Assembly: GCA_026936335.1 (NCBI GenBank)
Contig: JAPMXV010000005.1
Location: 336,636 to 400,635, forward strand
Direction: 5' to 3'
Length of the DNA: 64,000 nucleotides
Origin: Mantamonas sphyraenae STR306
Lineage: Eukaryota; Protista; CRuMs
Shown piece by piece: positions 59,972-64,000 of this stretch. The first letter of the stretch is position 1. Every line of letters begins with the position of its first letter. The notes under the pieces were generated by a model. That model did no database searches and was not told the DNA's origin. It saw nothing but the letters and a program-made list of their open reading frames with translations. The position numbers were made by a program, and so were the translations under genes.

Positions 59972-62900
59972 TCATTCGAGGCGTTGGCGTTTGGAGGAGG
60001 AGGAGGAGGAGGAGGAGGAGGAGAATGTGGAGGAGGAGGGGTCTTTGCGCTTGGGGAGGGTGAAGGAGGGGATGGGGTAGGCGTTGACGAGCGCGGTGGT
60101 GGTGGGGCGGGTGGTGATGTGGGGTGTGATGCGGTCGATGAGGGTGTGGAGGAGGGTGTGCAGTGTGGCGTCGCTGGGTTTGGGGGTGTCGAGCCAGGCG
60201 ATCTTGAGGGAGAGGGAGGTGACCCCGCGGGTGAGGGTGTGGTTGATGGCTCCTTGCACCTGCTTGTAGGTGAGCTGTGGTCTGAGGAGGCGGACAAAGA
60301 AGGCCAGGTCGACAGGCGGCACGCCAACGTTGCCCAACGCCAGGATGATGTGTCGCACCAGGGACATCTTGCTGCCGGTGTTGATCAGCTCACGCAGTGC
60401 CTGGTGCTCGTGTGCATGCTGATGGAGAGGATGCTTGGCTGCCCGTGCCTTCATGTGTGCCATCAGCGTCTGGAACTCCCGCGCCGTGCAGCTGCCACGC
60501 TCGTCGGCCTTGTTGCTCCAGCCACTGCGCACAGACTCAGGATGCCACTTTTCCACCTTGGCTCTGGTGAGGTGGTGGTCGTAGTCGCATTGTGTCCAGT
60601 GTGGGTCGCTGTCGTTGTCAGCAGGGCGTCGTGCTTCCTGCAGCCACAGCTGGGTCTGCTTCTGCTCCTTCCAGGTGGTTGGGTGGGGCCTGTCGCCGAG
60701 AGTGTCCATCTCTGTCATGAGCAGGTGGAGGAGGGCATAGTTGGGGTCGCCATGGTCGTGAGGCTCCTCCAGCCAGCACACCTTCAACTCAGCCTTGGTC
60801 ACACCCATGGCCAGACCAGCGTCTTTGATGCCACTGCCACACGCATTTTGATCCATGTCATGGCCGAGAAGGGTGAGGAAGAAGGCCATGTCGCCCTGGG
60901 AGAGGGGAATGTTGCCCAGAGCGAGCTGTATCTGTCGCACGAGCGTGGCCAGGGTGCCATGGCAAATTACAACACGCGCCTGCAGGGTCATGATGTCCGG
61001 GATGTCGTCGATGGGATGCTCATTGGCCAGGGTGTGCATGTGGTTCAGCAGTACCGTGTGCTCCTTCTTGTTGCTGTGCATGCGCTCGCTCTTGCGCCAC
61101 TGCGTCCAGACACTGCGCACAACGCCATCTGGCAGTCCATCCTCCACGGCCACCGTCTCCTCCTCTGTCGGCTCGGTCAGAACAAGCTCGGGGATGGGGT
61201 AGGCGTTGACGAGTGTATAGGTGGTGGGGCGGGTGGTGATGTGGGGTGTGATGCGGTCGATGAGGGTGTGGAGGAGGGTGTGCAGTGTGGCGTCGCTGGG
61301 TTTGGGGTTGTCGAGCCAGGCGATCTTGAGGGAGAGGGAGGTGACACCGCGGTTGAGTGTGTTCTTGATGGTACCTTGCACCTGCTTGTAGGTGAGGCGT
61401 GGCCTGAGAAGGCGGACAAAGAAGGCCAGGTCGACAGGCGGCACGCCAACGTTGCCCAGCGCCAGGATGATGTGTCGCAGCAGGGACAGCTGGCTACCGT
61501 TGTTGATCAGTTCACGCAGTGCCTGGATCTCGTGTGCGTGCTGATGGCGCGGGTACTTGGCTGCGCGTGCCTTCATGTGTGCCAGCAGCGTCTGGAACTC
61601 CCGCGCCGTGCAGCTGCTCCGCTCGTCGTTGTGCAGGTTTGTGCTCCAGCTATTGCGCACGGACTCAGGGTGCCACTTGTCCACCTTGGTGGTGGTGAGG
61701 TGGTGGTCGTAGTCGCATTGTGTCCAGTGCGGGTCGCTGTCGTTGTCGGCAGGGCGTCGTGCTTCCTGCAGCAACAGCTGGGTCTCCTCGTGCTCCTTCC
61801 AGGTGGTGGGATGGGGCTTGTTGCTGAGAGTGTCCCCCTCTGTCATGAGAAGGTGGAGGAGGGCGTAGTTGGGGTCACCGTGGTCGGGTGGCTCCTCCAG
61901 CCAGCACACCTTCAACCCAGCCTTTGTCACACCCATGGCCAGACCAGCGCTGGTAATGACTTTGCTGCACGAGTATTGATCCATGTCACGTCCGAGAAGG
62001 GTGAGGCAGAAGGCCATGTCTCCCTGGGAGAGGGGAATGTTGCCCAGAGTGAGCTGAATCTGTCGGACCAGCGTCAACAGGGTGCCATGGCAGACCACAA
62101 CACGCGCCTGCAGGGTCATCAGGTCGGGGATGTCGTCGATGGGATGCTCGTTGGCCAGGTTGTGCATGTGCTTCAGCAGTGCCGTGTGCTCCTTCTTGTT
62201 GCTGTGGCTGCGCTCGTCGCCACGCCAGTTCTGCGACCACCCTTTGCGCACAACACCACCTGGCAACTTGTTGTCCTTGTTCGCGCCTGATTTCTTCCGT
62301 GCGCCGGAGTCTCCGTTCTTGGCCCTTCCTGCCCGTGTGCTCGACGTTCCTGTCTCTGTGCCTCTGCCAGCCGTGACTCTGAGCCTGCGCTGTCCGCTGC
62401 CTTCCATCTTCTGTGGACCAGCACGACGGTTGATATGGCCTCTGCGTCGTCGTGTGCGGCCTCTACTTGTGCGTCTCGGTTGCCATTCGTCCGTGTCCTC
62501 CTGCTCCATGTCGTCTGTGTCGTTGTCGCTGTCGTCTTGCGGCATGTACTCCTCATCCATGGCATCACCAGTGTCTGCAATGAAGAGTGGGCCCTGAGTT
62601 TCCAACTCGTCGTCCACGTGCTGCTGGGTTGCGTCGTTTGCCTCGCCGTCTTCTTCGTACGCCTCCATCCCTGAGCTGGTCATCCAGTCTGAGTTGCTGG
62701 AGATTGACCGTGCTTCACGATGGCCGAAGTTCAGGAACATCAGGTCCTCCACGTCGCCGGTGTCATGTGTGTGTGTGTCCTGGTCTGCGTCGTCGGCGTC
62801 GCTGTCTCCAGTCTGTCGTGTGGCCTGGTTGGAGGAGGACGACGATGTGGTGGTGGGTGTGGTCCGTGTGATGCCAACAAAGGCAGGGCCGACGCGTTTG

Positions 62901-63564
62901 GGGACACTGTTGTGGTTTGTGGCGGGATGAGCAGGCGGAGGGTGCAACGGAGGCTGAGCAAAGTGCACCTGGGTGGTTTGTCGCGGCTGAGGAGGCGGCG
63001 GAGGAGAGTAGGCGTAGTATGGGTGGCCCTGATGAGCATATGCGGGGTGCTGCTGGGGGTGGGTGTTGACAGGGACCCAGATGATGGGTGGTTGTGGGTG
63101 CTGGTACGGGTTTTGTACGCCAGAGACGGGTAGCATGGTCGGAAACGGCTGGGCAGCCATGGGAGGGACCATGTACCCGTAGCTGTGGGGGAGACGGGGA
63201 TGGGCACAGTGGGGTGGTAACTGTGAGTGCAAGGCGGTATGGACGCCGTCAGGGCAGAAGCGGTGTGAAGGGAGGCCGAAACGAGCAGAGAGGGAAAACG
63301 GAGGAGATTGGCAGACGGGGAAACTGGCAACGGGGAGGGCAGTGACAGGGGAGAGGGGATCAGAGAAAAGCGGAGAAGGCAGCAACGGTGATGATGGGGA
63401 AGTGGAGATGCAGGGGAGGAGTGCAGGGAAGCGACGGAGGCATGGAGGAGGCAAGGAAGCGAGAGAAGCGGGCAGTCAGAAAACGGAGTGGAAGGCAGAA
63501 CGCACGCTGGGTAGGTGTTGGGTGTGTGTTGTTGCTTCGGAGTGCAGGAATAGTCCTTGGCCAT
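59972..63564 (-). CDS. Subtelomeric modular-repeat gene, copy C (intact, 1089 aa), 2 exons (63564-63506, 63182-59972)
   Basis: Phase-2 intron 63505-63183 (GTGCGT...CAG) at the same position in all three copies; Pro/Gln/His-rich then acidic/basic N-terminus; two ~377-aa modules. Confidence 0.85.
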
Positions 63565-63841
63565 GGTGGTGGTGGTGGTACTGGAGTGTATGCGGATTGT
63601 GTTGGACTGGTGGAGGGAGTTGTGGGTGTTGGTGACACTTTTGGTTGAAGGCGGATGGGAAGTGCTGACGGCGCGGCGTTGCAAGATGACGGCCACTCAC
63701 CAGCGACATTTGCACTCCCACCCAATGCCCACAGCCCCATGTCAGCACCCAACACAGCCACCCCGCCAGATAACATAAGCACAACTCACACGACCTAGAC
63801 CAGACTCATCATTCCAACAACAACACACAATGGCATAAACA

Positions 63842-64000
63842 TTAGGGTTAGGGTTAGGGTTAGGGTTAGGGTTAGGGTTAGGGTTAGGGTTAGGGTTAGG
63901 GTTAGGGTTAGGGTTAGGGTTAGGGTTAGGGTTAGGGTTAGGGTTAGGGTTAGGTTAGGGTTAGGGTTAGGGTTAGGGTTAGGGTTAGGGTTAGGGTTAG
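63842..64000 (+). repeat. Telomeric (TTAGGG)n array, right chromosome end
   Basis: About 26 repeats running to the window end, G-rich strand pointing outward; one TTAGG variant near 63950. Confidence 0.98.

Larger units (their letters stand above)
52190..63660 (-). repeat. Three tandem subtelomeric units of ~3.9 kb (ATG-to-ATG spacing 3876 and 3902 bp)
   Basis: Near-identical blocks recur, e.g. start context ccaccaccaccATG at 55786, 59662, 63564 and 3' end context ttcattcgaggcgtt at ~52202, ~56090, ~59971. Confidence 0.95.

Noticed and set aside
52260-62270. Diversity-generating retroelement behind the variable patches
   Set aside because: No RT in the window; the variation includes indels and non-adenine changes in several separate patches.
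52043-62290. Long + strand ORFs (52043-53176, 53468-54697, 59915-62290)
   Set aside because: Antisense shadows of the repeat genes; Gly/Val-rich and not kept open between copies.
52190-63660. Telomeric retrotransposon, Y'-like helicase element or DNA transposon
   Set aside because: No RT, endonuclease, helicase or transposase motifs, no poly(A) tails or terminal inverted repeats seen; the genes carry a conserved spliceosomal intron.
1-64000. CRISPR array, rRNA, tRNA or prokaryotic origin
   Set aside because: No repeat-spacer pattern or recognisable structural RNA; introns, COPI and the telomere show eukaryotic nuclear DNA.

Overview
Right end of a chromosome from a GC-rich, very gene-dense eukaryote, probably a flagellated protist (axonemal dynein light-chain-domain gene, short GT..AG introns, TTAGGG telomere at 63842-64000). 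Family calls are motif recognition by eye; no searches were run. 1-32.7 kb: tightly packed genes: beta'-COP 3' end, AXDND1-like, CAMK kinase, coiled-coil/WD40, histidine phosphatase, PUS10, mitochondrial IF3, LRR-PH-C1-LRR, a bacterial-like beta-propeller glycosidase, MscS-like channel, aldose 1-epimerase, an unknown protein, a SNAPC5-like protein, and a co-oriented cluster of three LRR-ankyrin paralogues around an RtcB2-type RNA ligase. 32.7-52.1 kb: one ~6,150-aa surface receptor (LamG, filamin/Ig, IPT, Cys-rich, multi-TM, RGS-like). 52.2-63.7 kb: three tandem ~3.9-kb subtelomeric units, each encoding a ~1,090-aa protein with two near-identical ~377-aa modules. Variation between modules is concentrated in a few short patches, including what looks like a winged-helix recognition helix. 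This array is the best candidate for an undescribed system: a modular, recombination-diversified, possibly DNA-binding protein family with only the telomere-proximal copy intact.
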